Counted from the whole stretch's first letter, positions 33,319-44,603 are shown. The stretch is 63,701 nt of DNA, filler included, from 7 parts of 7 records of this genome joined end to end with filler, not necessarily neighbours in it, one strand, 5' to 3'. The notes: generated by a model from the letters alone, not told the origin. Made by a program: numbers and translations.

Positions 33319-34036
33319 GAAATTGAACTATATATTGGGTAAACATTGACTAAGGATTTGTAAGCAGTCGATTATTTTTAGGAAATTCGTTAAATTGAAG
33401 CGATTAGTCACCCTGACACACCTTACATTTTTTCGATAGAAGCAGTAAATTTCACACTGATTCAAGCGCAATTTTTGCGTTTGCATCCTCTTCTTATGCA
33501 CTTCATGGCACTTCTATGGTACTTTTATGGCATTTTCCTTGTACTTTTCTGTTTACTCTCTAAACAACAAATCCTGATTTTTCAAAGTTTTATACTTCCT
33601 AACGAAAAAACACTTTAAATTTCAACATGTTACACAACCAACAAATCACTCCAAAACTTCAGCCCAAAATCTACCTCTGAGAATTCCGGAAACGAACGCC
33701 CTTTTTCCAAAAAAGCGCACCTGTGTCAAAATGTCACAGCATTTTGCGCAAAATTTGCGTTTTTCGGCGATTTTCAGCAACAAAATAAAAACAGGTTTTC
33801 AAAGTTCCAAAACTTTTATTTGAATTTATCAGTTCGTTGGCTTATATTGCTTTTGTCGTTTCAGAAAAACTTTTAACCGGATATGAAAATGATCGAATAT
33901 TTATTCAGCAAAACATGAAAAATGAACGGTGAAACCCGTGGGGTTTCATTCAGGTTTTCAATCCGCGGTTCTTCCTAACCTGCCAAATTCCTTTTATGTC
34001 GGGTGGAGAGCCGCCCCAACTTAATGGAGGATTCAA

Positions 34037-35326
34037 ATGAGTGAACAATCTGTCGACTATCATCCAATGTGGAAAGAACTGGGTCTTGATCTTGAAAAAC
34101 ATGACGCTCTTTTAAGCGTGCTTGGTCAAGGTTATCAAGATGTGTTTTTGTCACAAAAAAATCGCCCGGAGGGAATGCAATACTTCGATTTCGTCATGAG
34201 TGAAGTTCATGGACTTCGGATAAAAGAACTTGTCGATGCAAAAAAGGAAGGCCGCATTGTTGTCGGTTCTTTCTGTGTTTTTGTCCCTGAAGAACTTATT
34301 TTGGCAATTGATGGAGTGTCGGTCGGTCTTTGCGCCGGAGCAGAATTCGGGCTTGAAGCGGCTGAAAGATTCGTACCTCGCAATACTTGCTCATTAATTA
34401 AATCTGCTTTCGGTTTCGCATTGGAAAAGGTTTGTCCGTATATTGCCGCCTCTGACATAATCGTTGGTGAAAATACCTGTGATGGCAAAAAGAAAAGCTA
34501 TGAATCTTTCGGCGATCTCGTTAACGGATTTTACGCAATGGATTTACCGCAGGTAAAAAGCGAGGAAGGAAAGAATCTTTTAAAAGCCGAATTCAAGCGT
34601 TTCATTTCTTTACTGGAAGAAAAATCAGGCAAAACGATCACAGCGGAAAATCTCAAAAAAGGAATTGATACTGTTAATAAAAAACGAAAAGCGATGCACA
34701 AGCTTTCAGATTTAAGAAAATCAAATCCTGCGGCTATTTCAGGTTTGGACGCATTGCTTATAAATCAGGTGTTTTTCTATGACAATCCGGAGCGATTCAC
34801 GGATTCGGTCGAGAAAATAAATGATGAGATCGAGGAAAGAATCAATTCAAAGACCGGAGTTTTCGCAAAAGAAACTCCAAGGCTCGTCGTTTCGGGATGT
34901 CCGATGGCTGTTCCAAACTGGAAAGTTCATAGCATTATCGAAAATGCCGGTGCGGTTGTTGTCGGAGATGAATCCTGTGTCGGTGACAGAGGAACGCAAA
35001 ACCTGACAAATCCGGAAGGTGAAACTCTCGACCAATTGATTGACAATCTTGTCGAAAGATACATGCAAATCGATTGCGCCGTTTTCACGCCCAATCCGAC
35101 AAGAATTGAACATTGCAAAGAGATTTATAATAAAACAAAAGCCGATGGTGTAATTCATTATGGATTGCAGTTTTGCTCGCCATATCAGATGGAAGCGATA
35201 CCTTTTGAAAAAGATCTTGAAAAAGCAGGAGTTCCCACTTTGAGAATCGACACCGATTATTCTCCGGAAGATGCGGAACAACTACGAACCAGAATCGAAG
35301 CTTTCATCGAAAGAATCAAAGGCTAG
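34037..35326 (+). CDS. Double-cubane cluster protein (DCCP; 2-hydroxyacyl-CoA dehydratase superfamily)
   Basis: N-terminus MWKELGLDLEKHD..NRPEGMQYFDFVMSEVHGLRIKEL; Cys motifs FCVFVPEE, LCAG, NTCSLIK, CPY, TCDGKKK, GCP, ESCVG, DCA, QFC. Confidence 0.8.
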   Translation: MSEQSVDYHPMWKELGLDLEKHDALLSVLGQGYQDVFLSQKNRPEGMQYFDFVMSEVHGLRIKELVDAKKEGRIVVGSFCVFVPEELILAIDGVSVGLCAGAEFGLEAAERFVPRNTCSLIKSAFGFALEKVCPYIAASDIIVGENTCDGKKKSYESFGDLVNGFYAMDLPQVKSEEGKNLLKAEFKRFISLLEEKSGKTITAENLKKGIDTVNKKRKAMHKLSDLRKSNPAAISGLDALLINQVFFYDNPERFTDSVEKINDEIEERINSKTGVFAKETPRLVVSGCPMAVPNWKVHSIIENAGAVVVGDESCVGDRGTQNLTNPEGETLDQLIDNLVERYMQIDCAVFTPNPTRIEHCKEIYNKTKADGVIHYGLQFCSPYQMEAIPFEKDLEKAGVPTLRIDTDYSPEDAEQLRTRIEAFIERIKG

Positions 35327-35328
35327 AC

Positions 35329-35943
35329 ATGATTAAAGCTGGAATGGACATAGGTTCACGCACAATCAAGCTTGTTATAGCGGATGCCGGTCGGATTATA
35401 CATGAAGAAATTCAAATGAATTCTCATGATCCGATCGGCATTTGCCGAAAGCTTTTGCAGAATCAAACATATGACAAATTAAGTGTCACCGGATATGGCA
35501 GGCATCTTGTTGAGCGATATTTCGATTGCGAGGTCATAACGGAAATCAAAGCTGTTTCAATCGGAGCAAAGCATCTTTTCCCTGATTGCAAAACAATACT
35601 GGATATTGGCGGACAAGACACAAAAGTAATTTCTCTGGATCAATCCGGTCGCTTAAAAAAGTTCGAGATGAACGACAAATGTGCAGCAGGTACCGGAAAA
35701 TTTCTGGAAATAATGGCAACCGCTCTCGGTTACTCAATGAGCGATTTTATCGAAAATGCCATGCAAGCTAAAAAGTCGCAAAGCATAAACTCCATGTGTA
35801 CAGTTTTTGCAGAAAGCGAAGTCATCGGCATGGTCGCTCGCGAAGCACCAAGAGACGAACTTGCTTTAGGTTTGCATCAGGCTGTTGCTAAAAAAGCTTC
35901 AGGATTATTGAAAAGAATCGAAATCCTTGACGATGTAGTTTTT
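35329..35943 (+). CDS. ATP-dependent [4Fe-4S] activator (HgdC/DCCP-R, ASKHA archerase), 3'-truncated
   Basis: GMDIGSRTIK, TGYGR, DIGGQDTK, MNDKCAAGTGKFLE, SMCTVFAESEV. Confidence 0.92.
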
Positions 35944-36043
35944 NNNNNNNNNNNNNNNNNNNNNNNNNNNNNNNNNNNNNNNNNNNNTTAATTAATTAAN
36001 NNNNNNNNNNNNNNNNNNNNNNNNNNNNNNNNNNNNNNNNNNN
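35944..36043. other. Artificial contig linker
   Basis: N44-TTAATTAATTAA-N44. Confidence 0.98.
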
Positions 36044-36420
36044 TAATCCCAAATTGGATGATTTTTTCCGTTAATGCTATACATGTTATTCAGTAAAGTC
36101 AAAGTATGTACAGAGAATCTTCATGCTTACATATTGATCAAGTATGTTTAGTAGGAAAATAGTCTTTTCCGAAATCATGACTTTAAAACTTAAGTCTCTG
36201 GGAATAGAAAAGGATAAAAAAATGGCAATCTTAGGGCACGTCAAGATTCGCTTTTTCTTGTGTTAATCTTTTCCATGTATACACTTGTTATATATGTACG
36301 TAGCGAGTATGAAAGTTGATAAAACTATTGCGATTCATTTGCATCAATAGTAATTTGAAGAACAAGTGGCTATAATGAAAAATCCAAATAACTTTTATTT
36401 TTAGTAAGGAATATTATCAC

Positions 36421-37690
36421 ATGAGCAGGTTTAAACAACTGTTACAACTCTTTCTAATCATGGCTTTTGTACTAGCAACAACAGCCTGTGATAATTCAGG
36501 CAATGAAACACCTGATGGTGATGTTGACGTGGATACTGAAACAGAATCAGAAGTAGAAGCACCCCTTGTTATTCAACCCTTCGATTATTGCGAGCCCAAC
36601 ACTCCACCAGATAAAGTTTGCTATGCCCAGAAAAAGAAACCCCGATTCTGCAGCAATTAAATTGGCCAAATCTATTGCAGACAAGCAGATAGCAAAGCAC
36701 CAGCCAAATGACATAATTTGGGATTGGGGTGAGGCTACCATGATGATTGGAATGAAAGAGCTATACCGTGTAACAGGAGAAAAGAAGTATTTTGATTACT
36801 ACAAAGCCTGGATAGATTATCATATTGAAGAAGGATTTATGGTGAAAAAATACATTGCGACCAGTGATACTTGTGCTCCTGTCGCCTTGGCAATCAGTTT
36901 GTACGAAGAGACGAAAGAACAAAAATATGCCGATTTAATAAACGAAGCCTTTAACTACTTCGAAAATGTAGCATTAAAAACAGAAGAAGGTGGCTTAAAC
37001 CACATGGGTGACTGGGACCTGATTGGGGTCACCTTGTGGATAGACTCACTTTTCATGTTTGGAAATGTTATGACAGGCTGGGGAGAATTTACAGACGACA
37101 AAACTATTTTGGATGAATATGCTGAACAACATGAAATTTTTACAGATTTACTGCTAGAAAAATCAGGTTTATATAAACATGCATACGGATATTTAGGAGA
37201 ACAAAGTGATAATGTTTACTGGGGACGTGGTAATAGCTGGGTTACAGTTGCAACTGCCGACCACCTTCGAGTAAGACTTGCAAGAGGAGAAAGAGTAGAA
37301 GCAATGAAGCAGGCTATGGATACTCAAATCGCTGCAATCATTCCACTACAAGACGAAAACACCGGACTTTGGTGGACTATTTTAAACAGACCTGGAGAAA
37401 CCTATCTTGAAACTTCATGTGCAGCGTTGTTTGCCTATGGCATGACAAGAGCTTGGCGTTATGGTTTAACGGATGACTCTGTTTTGCCAGTTATAAAAAA
37501 GGCAATGAAGGGTGTTAACAGTATGATCATCAAAGACGAAAACGATATTCCAACGGTTACTGGAACTTCAGGGCCTACTAGTGTAGGTGAATTTGAATCG
37601 TATAAGATAATAAACCAAACTGATGATATCTCCTTTGGTATTGGTGCTGCAATGTTAGCCCTAATTGAAACATCAGGCTTGCCAGAATAA
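36421..37690 (+). CDS. GH88/GH105 unsaturated glycuronyl hydrolase, lipoprotein; frameshift near 36635
   Basis: Lipobox ATTAC in the 79-aa ORF; WDWGEA, LWIDSLFM, WGRGNSW, YLETS in the second frame; break in an A-run. Confidence 0.8.
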
Positions 37691-37794
37691 GCAAAAGAAA
37701 AGAAATGTTAAGTTCGTGGAACTGTTCAGCAAGCTTGGAACATTACTACGAGCATGGCTTCGAAAATCGATAATAGACCACGACGAGAGGAATT

Positions 37795-40566
37795 ATGACT
37801 AAAAGAATAGGGTTATTCCAGTTTCTTACTTTGGCAATTATTCTGCTTTGCACCTCCTGTTATAATGCAGACAAAGATGAAGCTACCCCAAAAATGACAG
37901 CAGTCTTCAATTTGCAGAGTGAGGTTCCTGTCTTGCCCGTCCCCAACGAGGTTATTCCCACAGCTCTTGGCGAACGTTTGCCTGCAGAAGTGGGAGACAA
38001 CGAACTTGATGCGGAAATCAAAAGTCAACTCAACAAATTCAATGGATTTCCTAACTCCTCCGCTACTACGATCTATTTTGATAGGGAACCTGACCCCAAG
38101 ATGCTGAATGAAGAATACTTTCAGCTCTACGACATCACTGAGGCTTTGAAAAAACCGGATAATCCCCCAATCAAACTCTTATCGGAATCCATCCTTCTAT
38201 CTGATGGTGATGCAGAATCAACGGGCACTGCTGACTACCGTATCTCCAGTAAATCCAGGAAAGAACAGTCCGGAGACTCCATCCTCTATGCTGTTGACCT
38301 GATTCCAACCACTATCTGGGCTTCCGGTCATGACTATTTGGTCATCATATCTCCTAAACTTCAATCACAAGACGGTCTACCCTGTTTTGGAAGCGCAGAA
38401 TTCTCCCTGTTGCGTTCTGGTACACCACTGGTCAGCGATGGAAAAATCCAAAGTGCCCTGCTTGTTGATGATTATGCGGAAGACCGTGGTTTATCCACCG
38501 CACAGCAGTTGGAAGATTTGAGACTCTTGCACCAACCGTTTTTCGAGTTTGCACAAAAACTGGGCTTTGACAAAAAAGAGATCCCAGTGCTTTTCAGTTA
38601 CCACATTGATGACGATGCCAAGGTACTTTTCGATCCAGCAGATGCGGAAAATCGAGTTTCCTTCCCAACCATCGGAGCTTATGACACGGAAGGAATGAAG
38701 GTCGCCCTTCCTACAGAGGGATTGGATCCCGGCAGTCTTGAACTTGTTGAAGCCTTAAATGCCTACAACGGTTTCGGTTCGCTGATGGACTTATTTAATC
38801 CTGTCGAAGGCCATATCGTTGAAGAAAGTATCAATAAGCAGACGGTCAAAGTCTACATTGCAGATATCAATGAAAATGGAGATTTTAAGGAAATTAGGGC
38901 TTTTGAAGATTTTGAACTAAACTATAAAGGCGACGAAAAACTTGGCCGAATCGAAGTTATTCCTACTCAACCCTTCCCTGAGAACTCTATCGTGGCTGTC
39001 TGCATTTCAAAAGGTGTCAAAGGTAATGCCGTCTCCGCAGGGGATTCCTCAGTCATTGGTGAAATCAAGGCTTCGGCAGCATATTATGCTGCTAGCTCGG
39101 CCCAATCTCTGATTGATGATGCTGGCAAAAGCCGACTTGGTCTATTGAACGATGAGGAAGCAGGAATGCTTGAGCCGCTCCGTGTCTTCAATGATCGTGT
39201 CATAAAGGCCGTACTGGATTTCGAGAGCCAACAAACCAAGAACAAAAGTGGCTATGAAGCATCATTCAAGACACGCTCAGACTTTCGAGGCATACAGATC
39301 GTTCCCACTCATTTGGCTACACAAGAGCTTTTCATCATCCAAAAGGCATTTGCCGATGGCAGCCTTTCTTCTGGATATGCTTTCACGGCGACTCCGGTTG
39401 ATTCTCAAGCTCTTAAGGATAGCCTGAAACCGACACCGATAAACACGATTCATTGGCCAGATGAATCAGAAGCTTATATCATTAGTGGAAGTTTTGATGC
39501 TCTTGAGTTGCGGGACCCCATGCTTGTCACTGATTACATGGAACTATTAGGTCCTTCATTGGATGATCTGACACTGCACGACTGGAGACAGATTCGACTT
39601 GATAAATCTGGTCGACCGGTGGACATGAAGGGTGATCCTATGCATCAGATAGTTCAGCGTGAGTTTATCTTGACTCTGCCAAAAGTCCATTCCAACTCTT
39701 ATCCTGTAGTTATCCTTCAGCATGACCTAGATTCGAGAAAAGAGGACATGTTGATGCTTGCAAGAGCTTTCACTAACAACGGATGGGCTACTATAGCCAT
39801 CGACGCCTCGAATCATGGCAGTCGTAAGGAGAGCTTTATGGGAACAGAGCTGCCAATTATTATGCCTCTGTTACATCACACACGGGACAACATCCGCCAA
39901 AGCATCCTCGACCTAGTACAACTGGTTGGATTTATCAACAGTCTGAAGGCAGCTGAAATCGATGATGGTCAAGGTGGTACGATTACCTTCTCTTTGGATC
40001 CGCAACAAATTGCTTTTCTCGGTGAATCCCTTGGCGGCATGATCGGGTCTGTTTTTCTTGCCATAGAACCTCGTGTTAAAACCGGTGTACTTACAGCTAC
40101 CGGTGGCCATTATCTAAAGGTATTGTTAGAGACGCAGGATCTGTCAGATGTACGTTGCCCAATGATTGAAGCTTTTGCCATGGCCCTTGAAACGGACCTC
40201 AGTGAAGAAACATGTCCTTATGATAATTTTGCAAGTTCGGCAAGTTTCATTCAATTTGAGCAATTTGCACGTATGGTGCTAGGTCCTGCCGAACCATTAC
40301 TCTATGCTGACCGAATCCTATCTTACCCGGAACGCTCGGTTCTGCTACAGAAAATGGACAAAGATCTGGTCATTCCGAATGCAACTACCGACATGCTTTA
40401 CAAAGCCATAACACCACCCTATAGTCTGAATGATGTAACTTTCAATGGAGGGGAGCATGGTTTTCTGACTGATTGGAAGGATGAACAACTGACAAGGAAA
40501 GCCCAGAAACAAGCAGTCGATTTCATAACAAGTGGCGGACAGCTTACGCCGGTTAGTAAATTATAG
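37795..40566 (+). CDS. Large lipoprotein lipase/alpha-beta hydrolase (Pla-1/Cef/VolA-like) with a duplicated N-terminal domain
   Basis: Lipobox LCTSC; two units of the LNKFNGF/LNAYNGF..P..LEDLR/LEPLR type; AID..NHGSR, RDNIRQSILDL, GESLGG, D(LVIPN), HGFL. Confidence 0.75.
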   Translation: MTKRIGLFQFLTLAIILLCTSCYNADKDEATPKMTAVFNLQSEVPVLPVPNEVIPTALGERLPAEVGDNELDAEIKSQLNKFNGFPNSSATTIYFDREPDPKMLNEEYFQLYDITEALKKPDNPPIKLLSESILLSDGDAESTGTADYRISSKSRKEQSGDSILYAVDLIPTTIWASGHDYLVIISPKLQSQDGLPCFGSAEFSLLRSGTPLVSDGKIQSALLVDDYAEDRGLSTAQQLEDLRLLHQPFFEFAQKLGFDKKEIPVLFSYHIDDDAKVLFDPADAENRVSFPTIGAYDTEGMKVALPTEGLDPGSLELVEALNAYNGFGSLMDLFNPVEGHIVEESINKQTVKVYIADINENGDFKEIRAFEDFELNYKGDEKLGRIEVIPTQPFPENSIVAVCISKGVKGNAVSAGDSSVIGEIKASAAYYAASSAQSLIDDAGKSRLGLLNDEEAGMLEPLRVFNDRVIKAVLDFESQQTKNKSGYEASFKTRSDFRGIQIVPTHLATQELFIIQKAFADGSLSSGYAFTATPVDSQALKDSLKPTPINTIHWPDESEAYIISGSFDALELRDPMLVTDYMELLGPSLDDLTLHDWRQIRLDKSGRPVDMKGDPMHQIVQREFILTLPKVHSNSYPVVILQHDLDSRKEDMLMLARAFTNNGWATIAIDASNHGSRKESFMGTELPIIMPLLHHTRDNIRQSILDLVQLVGFINSLKAAEIDDGQGGTITFSLDPQQIAFLGESLGGMIGSVFLAIEPRVKTGVLTATGGHYLKVLLETQDLSDVRCPMIEAFAMALETDLSEETCPYDNFASSASFIQFEQFARMVLGPAEPLLYADRILSYPERSVLLQKMDKDLVIPNATTDMLYKAITPPYSLNDVTFNGGEHGFLTDWKDEQLTRKAQKQAVDFITSGGQLTPVSKL

Positions 40567-40575
40567 GGGGATTAC

Positions 40576-41826
40576 ATGCTGAGACTCGTTCTATTTGCAA
40601 TACTTATGATCCTTGTCCTTCCTGGAGAAATTATGGCAAGCGGTTTCATCACTGGTGATCAGGGTGGACGCGCTACGGGCATGGGATCCAGTGTAACCGC
40701 GGATGACACTGAGCCTGCGGCGATATTCTACAATCCGTCTGTTCTACCTTTCATCCCCTCAACTATTTATGCCGGATTTACTTACGTCACCAACATCAAC
40801 AGTCATGAAAATCTTAAAACCGGCCTTCGAACTGATTCCATTCAGGGACACTTTTTCATTCCCCATCTATATGCCCACTGGACAGGACTAGTAGATCATG
40901 CTCCCGGGCTTTATGGATTATCGGTTGGATTAGGTTTCAATGCTCCCTATGGACTCGGTTCAGCGTGGCCAGATGATTGGGAGTACAACGAATCTATTCA
41001 GAAAGCGGATATCCAGGGTCTGCTCTTCAATCCGACCCTGGCATGGGCACCGACACGATACTTTTCAATCGGTGCGGGACTGGACATTATGCTTGGCTCT
41101 GCTAGACTGGTACGCGCCCTTCGATTTGGTGATTTCGCTACTGGACAGGTGACCATGGCAGGAGGTCCTGTTGTGGGTTTAGGTGGCAATGTTGGGCTTT
41201 TCGGACGACTCTATGAAACTCCTAAATACAAACTTTGTCTCGGCGCAGCATATCGATCTACCATCAAAATGGACCTGACTATGGATGTGGATTTCGATGT
41301 TCCCGTAGAAGCGGAGGATATGCTCTCTGACCAGAAGGCGGATACCGGTATGAGTATGCCGGACGAGTTGGCAGTCGGTCTGCGCTTCTGGCTGCTCGAA
41401 CATCGGTTATCTATAGAATTCGATTTCATCATGACTTTCTGGCAAAGATACAAAGATCTGGTCTTCAATTTCCATGAGGAATCTCCGCCGACTGCTATCC
41501 AGAGAACAGAGTGGTCAAACAATCCTATGATCCGCCTTGGACTGGAATGGTGGTTTTACCCGGAATGGGCCATGCGTTTCGGTTTTGTCTATGACGAAAA
41601 CCCGGTCCCTGATCATACGCTGGAGCCGTCAATGCCAGATAACAAGCGTGTGGAACCCTCGATTGGTTTCGGATTTAAGAAGTGGGGTTTCATTGCTGAT
41701 ATTGCCTACATGTTTCTATACACGTTACCCAGAACGGTTTCGGACAACGGCAGCAATCTCTACCCTGGTAAATATGAAGCCATGGTTCATGAGCTAGCAT
41801 TCAGCGTAGGATACCAGTTTGAATAG
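40576..41826 (+). CDS. OmpP1/FadL-family outer-membrane long-chain fatty acid transporter
   Basis: ASGF..QGGRATGMG, AIFYNPS, NAPYGL, NPTLAW, YDENPVP, MPDNKR. Confidence 0.88.
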   Translation: MLRLVLFAILMILVLPGEIMASGFITGDQGGRATGMGSSVTADDTEPAAIFYNPSVLPFIPSTIYAGFTYVTNINSHENLKTGLRTDSIQGHFFIPHLYAHWTGLVDHAPGLYGLSVGLGFNAPYGLGSAWPDDWEYNESIQKADIQGLLFNPTLAWAPTRYFSIGAGLDIMLGSARLVRALRFGDFATGQVTMAGGPVVGLGGNVGLFGRLYETPKYKLCLGAAYRSTIKMDLTMDVDFDVPVEAEDMLSDQKADTGMSMPDELAVGLRFWLLEHRLSIEFDFIMTFWQRYKDLVFNFHEESPPTAIQRTEWSNNPMIRLGLEWWFYPEWAMRFGFVYDENPVPDHTLEPSMPDNKRVEPSIGFGFKKWGFIADIAYMFLYTLPRTVSDNGSNLYPGKYEAMVHELAFSVGYQFE

Positions 41827-41946
41827 TATCCAAGATTTTTGATTTTAACTTATGAATTGATCCGGGATAGCTAAAGTCAACAAAAAATAAACGGACTTCA
41901 GCTTTGATTTCTACGTAGAAATTTCGGTTTAGTAAGTCTTGCCCTG

Positions 41947-42046
41947 NNNNNNNNNNNNNNNNNNNNNNNNNNNNNNNNNNNNNNNNNNNNTTAATTAATT
42001 AANNNNNNNNNNNNNNNNNNNNNNNNNNNNNNNNNNNNNNNNNNNN
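41947..42046. other. Artificial contig linker
   Basis: N44-TTAATTAATTAA-N44. Confidence 0.98.
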
Positions 42047-42580
42047 ACAGAAGTTTACTCAAACACTGGTGGACAAGCGTCAAAAGCTACTCCAACTGGT
42101 TCAACTGCTAAATTTGCAGCTGCTGGTAAACGTACTAAGAAAAAAGACTTGGGTGCAATAGCTATGACTTATGGCTATATATATGTAGCTTCTGTTGCTA
42201 TGGGTGCTAACCAAGCTCAAGTTATTAAAGCTATGAACGAAGCTGAAAAATATGATGGTCCTTCTCTAATTATCGCTTACTCACCATGTATCAACCATGG
42301 TATCAACATGGGTAAAGCTCAAGCAGAAGAGAAAAAGGCTGTTGAAGCTGGTTACTGGCCACTATATAGATTCAACCCAATGCTAAAAGCAGAAGGTAAA
42401 AACCCATTCACATTGGATTGTAAAGATCCTACAGCAAGCTATAGAGAATTTATTGAAGGAGAAATCCGTTATAAAGTTCTACAAAAACAATTCCCAGAAG
42501 TAGCTGAGAAGTTGTTTGATATGGCTGAAGAAGAAGCAAAAGAAAGATATGCTTATTACAAAAAAATGGCTGAAAAATAG
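42047..42580 (+). CDS. nifJ: Pyruvate:ferredoxin (flavodoxin) oxidoreductase, C-terminal fragment
   Basis: TEVYSNTGGQASKATP..KKDLG, YVASVAMGA, AYSPCINHG, GYWPLYRFNP. Confidence 0.93.
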   Translation, partial: TEVYSNTGGQASKATPTGSTAKFAAAGKRTKKKDLGAIAMTYGYIYVASVAMGANQAQVIKAMNEAEKYDGPSLIIAYSPCINHGINMGKAQAEEKKAVEAGYWPLYRFNPMLKAEGKNPFTLDCKDPTASYREFIEGEIRYKVLQKQFPEVAEKLFDMAEEEAKERYAYYKKMAEK

Positions 42581-42612
42581 GTCTTAACCTAAAAAGTTAT
42601 TTAAAAAATTTA

Positions 42613-42644
42613 GCGGGATAGCAAAAATGCTATCCTGCTTTTTT
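42613..42644 (+). terminator. Intrinsic terminator after PFOR
   Basis: GCGGGATAGCA..TGCTATCCTGC followed by T6. Confidence 0.75.
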
Positions 42645-42806
42645 CATTTGAATAATTTGTTAGATTACCTTATAATATTATTAATAAAGTACAAAAATAA
42701 TACTACTTAATAAAAAATGATATTAACAGCTTTTTCTTGACGCGAATGATGACGTAAAATGGCGAAAGAAGCTTATATATGTAGTATAAGAAAGTGGAGC
42801 AGTAAT

Positions 42807-44201
42807 ATGAAAGCTATTGACTTAAAAGATATATTTGAAAACGCAAATCAGTATTTAGATAAGGAAGTAAAGGTTCAGGGTTTTATTAGAACAAACAGAA
42901 AGGCGAATTCTCAAGTTGGGTTTATAGATTTAAATGATGGCACATGCTTTAACAACTTGCAAATTGTATATTCTGAAGATTCAGATTGCGATGATAATAT
43001 AGAAAAACTTGGTATTGCAACTGCTGTTACTGCAAAAGGCACACTTGTGTGTACCCCAAATGCAAAACAAGATTTTGAACTTCAATGTTCATTTATAAAA
43101 GTTGAGGGAAAATCTGAAAATGATTATCCATTACAAAAAAAGAGACATAGCTTTGAATACTTAAGAGAGATAGCTCACTTAAGACCAAGAAGCAACACGT
43201 TTTCGGCTGTCTTTAGAATAAGATCAGTTGCCGCAAAAGCGGTTCATGATTTTTTTTGTGAGAGAAATTTTATGTATGTTCATACTCCAATAATAACAGC
43301 GAGCGACTGTGAGGGTGCTGGGGATATGTTTAGAGTAACGACTTTGGATGCAAAGAACCCGCCATTGGATGATGATGGGAACGTTGATTACAGCAAGGAT
43401 TTTTTTGCAAGACAAACCAACTTAACAGTTAGTGGACAATTAGAAGGAGAAAGTTTTGCGCTTGCGTTTAAAAAGATATATACTTTTGGACCCACGTTTA
43501 GATCGGAAAACTCAAATACTCCAAGGCATGCAGCAGAGTTTTGGATGATTGAGCCTGAGGTTGCGTTTAATGATATAAACGATAACATGGATTTAGCAGA
43601 AGATATGATTAAATATGTAATTAAACGCGTTATGGAAAAGGCGAAAAAGGAGATTGAGTTTTTTAACAGATTTATTGATAAAGAACTTATTCAAAGGTTG
43701 AACGGTATTTTGAGTTCCGAATTTGAAAGAATAACCTATACAAAAGCAATAGAGGATTTAATGGGATCTAAGCAAAAGTTTGAATACCCTGTTAAATGGG
43801 GGATTGACCTTCAAACAGAGCACGAGAGGTTTTTAACAGAGAAACTATACGAAAAGCCAGTATTTGTTACTGATTATCCAAAAGATATCAAAGCATTTTA
43901 TATGAAACTTAACGATGATAATAAAACAGTTGCGGCTATGGATTTGCTTGTTCCGAAAGTGGGAGAGATTATTGGTGGAAGTCAAAGAGAAGATAATCTT
44001 GAAACGTTGATAAGTCGTATGCAACAAAGTGGTATCAAACCAGACGATTATAGTTGGTATACAGACCTTAGAAAATACGGAGGAGCATATCATTCTGGAT
44101 ATGGTCTTGGCTTTGAGAGGCTTATATTGTACCTAACTGGTATGGCTAATATACGAGACGTTATTCCTTTTCCAAGAACACCAAGGAGTGCAGATTTTTA
44201 A
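42807..44201 (+). CDS. asnS: Asparagine--tRNA ligase
   Basis: [57 protein letters not shown]. Confidence 0.96.
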   Translation: MKAIDLKDIFENANQYLDKEVKVQGFIRTNRKANSQVGFIDLNDGTCFNNLQIVYSEDSDCDDNIEKLGIATAVTAKGTLVCTPNAKQDFELQCSFIKVEGKSENDYPLQKKRHSFEYLREIAHLRPRSNTFSAVFRIRSVAAKAVHDFFCERNFMYVHTPIITASDCEGAGDMFRVTTLDAKNPPLDDDGNVDYSKDFFARQTNLTVSGQLEGESFALAFKKIYTFGPTFRSENSNTPRHAAEFWMIEPEVAFNDINDNMDLAEDMIKYVIKRVMEKAKKEIEFFNRFIDKELIQRLNGILSSEFERITYTKAIEDLMGSKQKFEYPVKWGIDLQTEHERFLTEKLYEKPVFVTDYPKDIKAFYMKLNDDNKTVAAMDLLVPKVGEIIGGSQREDNLETLISRMQQSGIKPDDYSWYTDLRKYGGAYHSGYGLGFERLILYLTGMANIRDVIPFPRTPRSADF

Positions 44202-44603
44202 AATTTTATAGCGTAAACATTAGGTAATGAGTGTGGTGGATATAGGTTTATTTGTTGTCTATAGATTAAGATTATGATATAATTCTCATGATTATAATGC
44301 TGTTGTTATGAAAATGTGCAAACATTATAGTATAACAAGGTTTATGGATTGTATTTTCTATTATAGTTGGATATATAAGTTTTTTGCAGTTGTGTAAGTT
44401 GATTATACTCCATTACTGTATTTTTATTTACCTTAAATATTATCAATTTATAATGTATTGTAACAGTTTCGATAGTAACATATGATTTTATGCTAGAAAT
44501 GCTTCTGCATTTTGAAGGATCAATTTTAAAAACGCATAAAAGTAATATATAAATGATGACATAAATGCCATGCTTGTTTTAATGGTTCTGGAGAGTTAGA
44601 ATT

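Noticed and set aside
42581-42806. Possible T-box leader upstream of asnS
   Set aside because: There is no GGTGGnACCGCG T-box motif or leader terminator; the only hairpin is the PFOR terminator.
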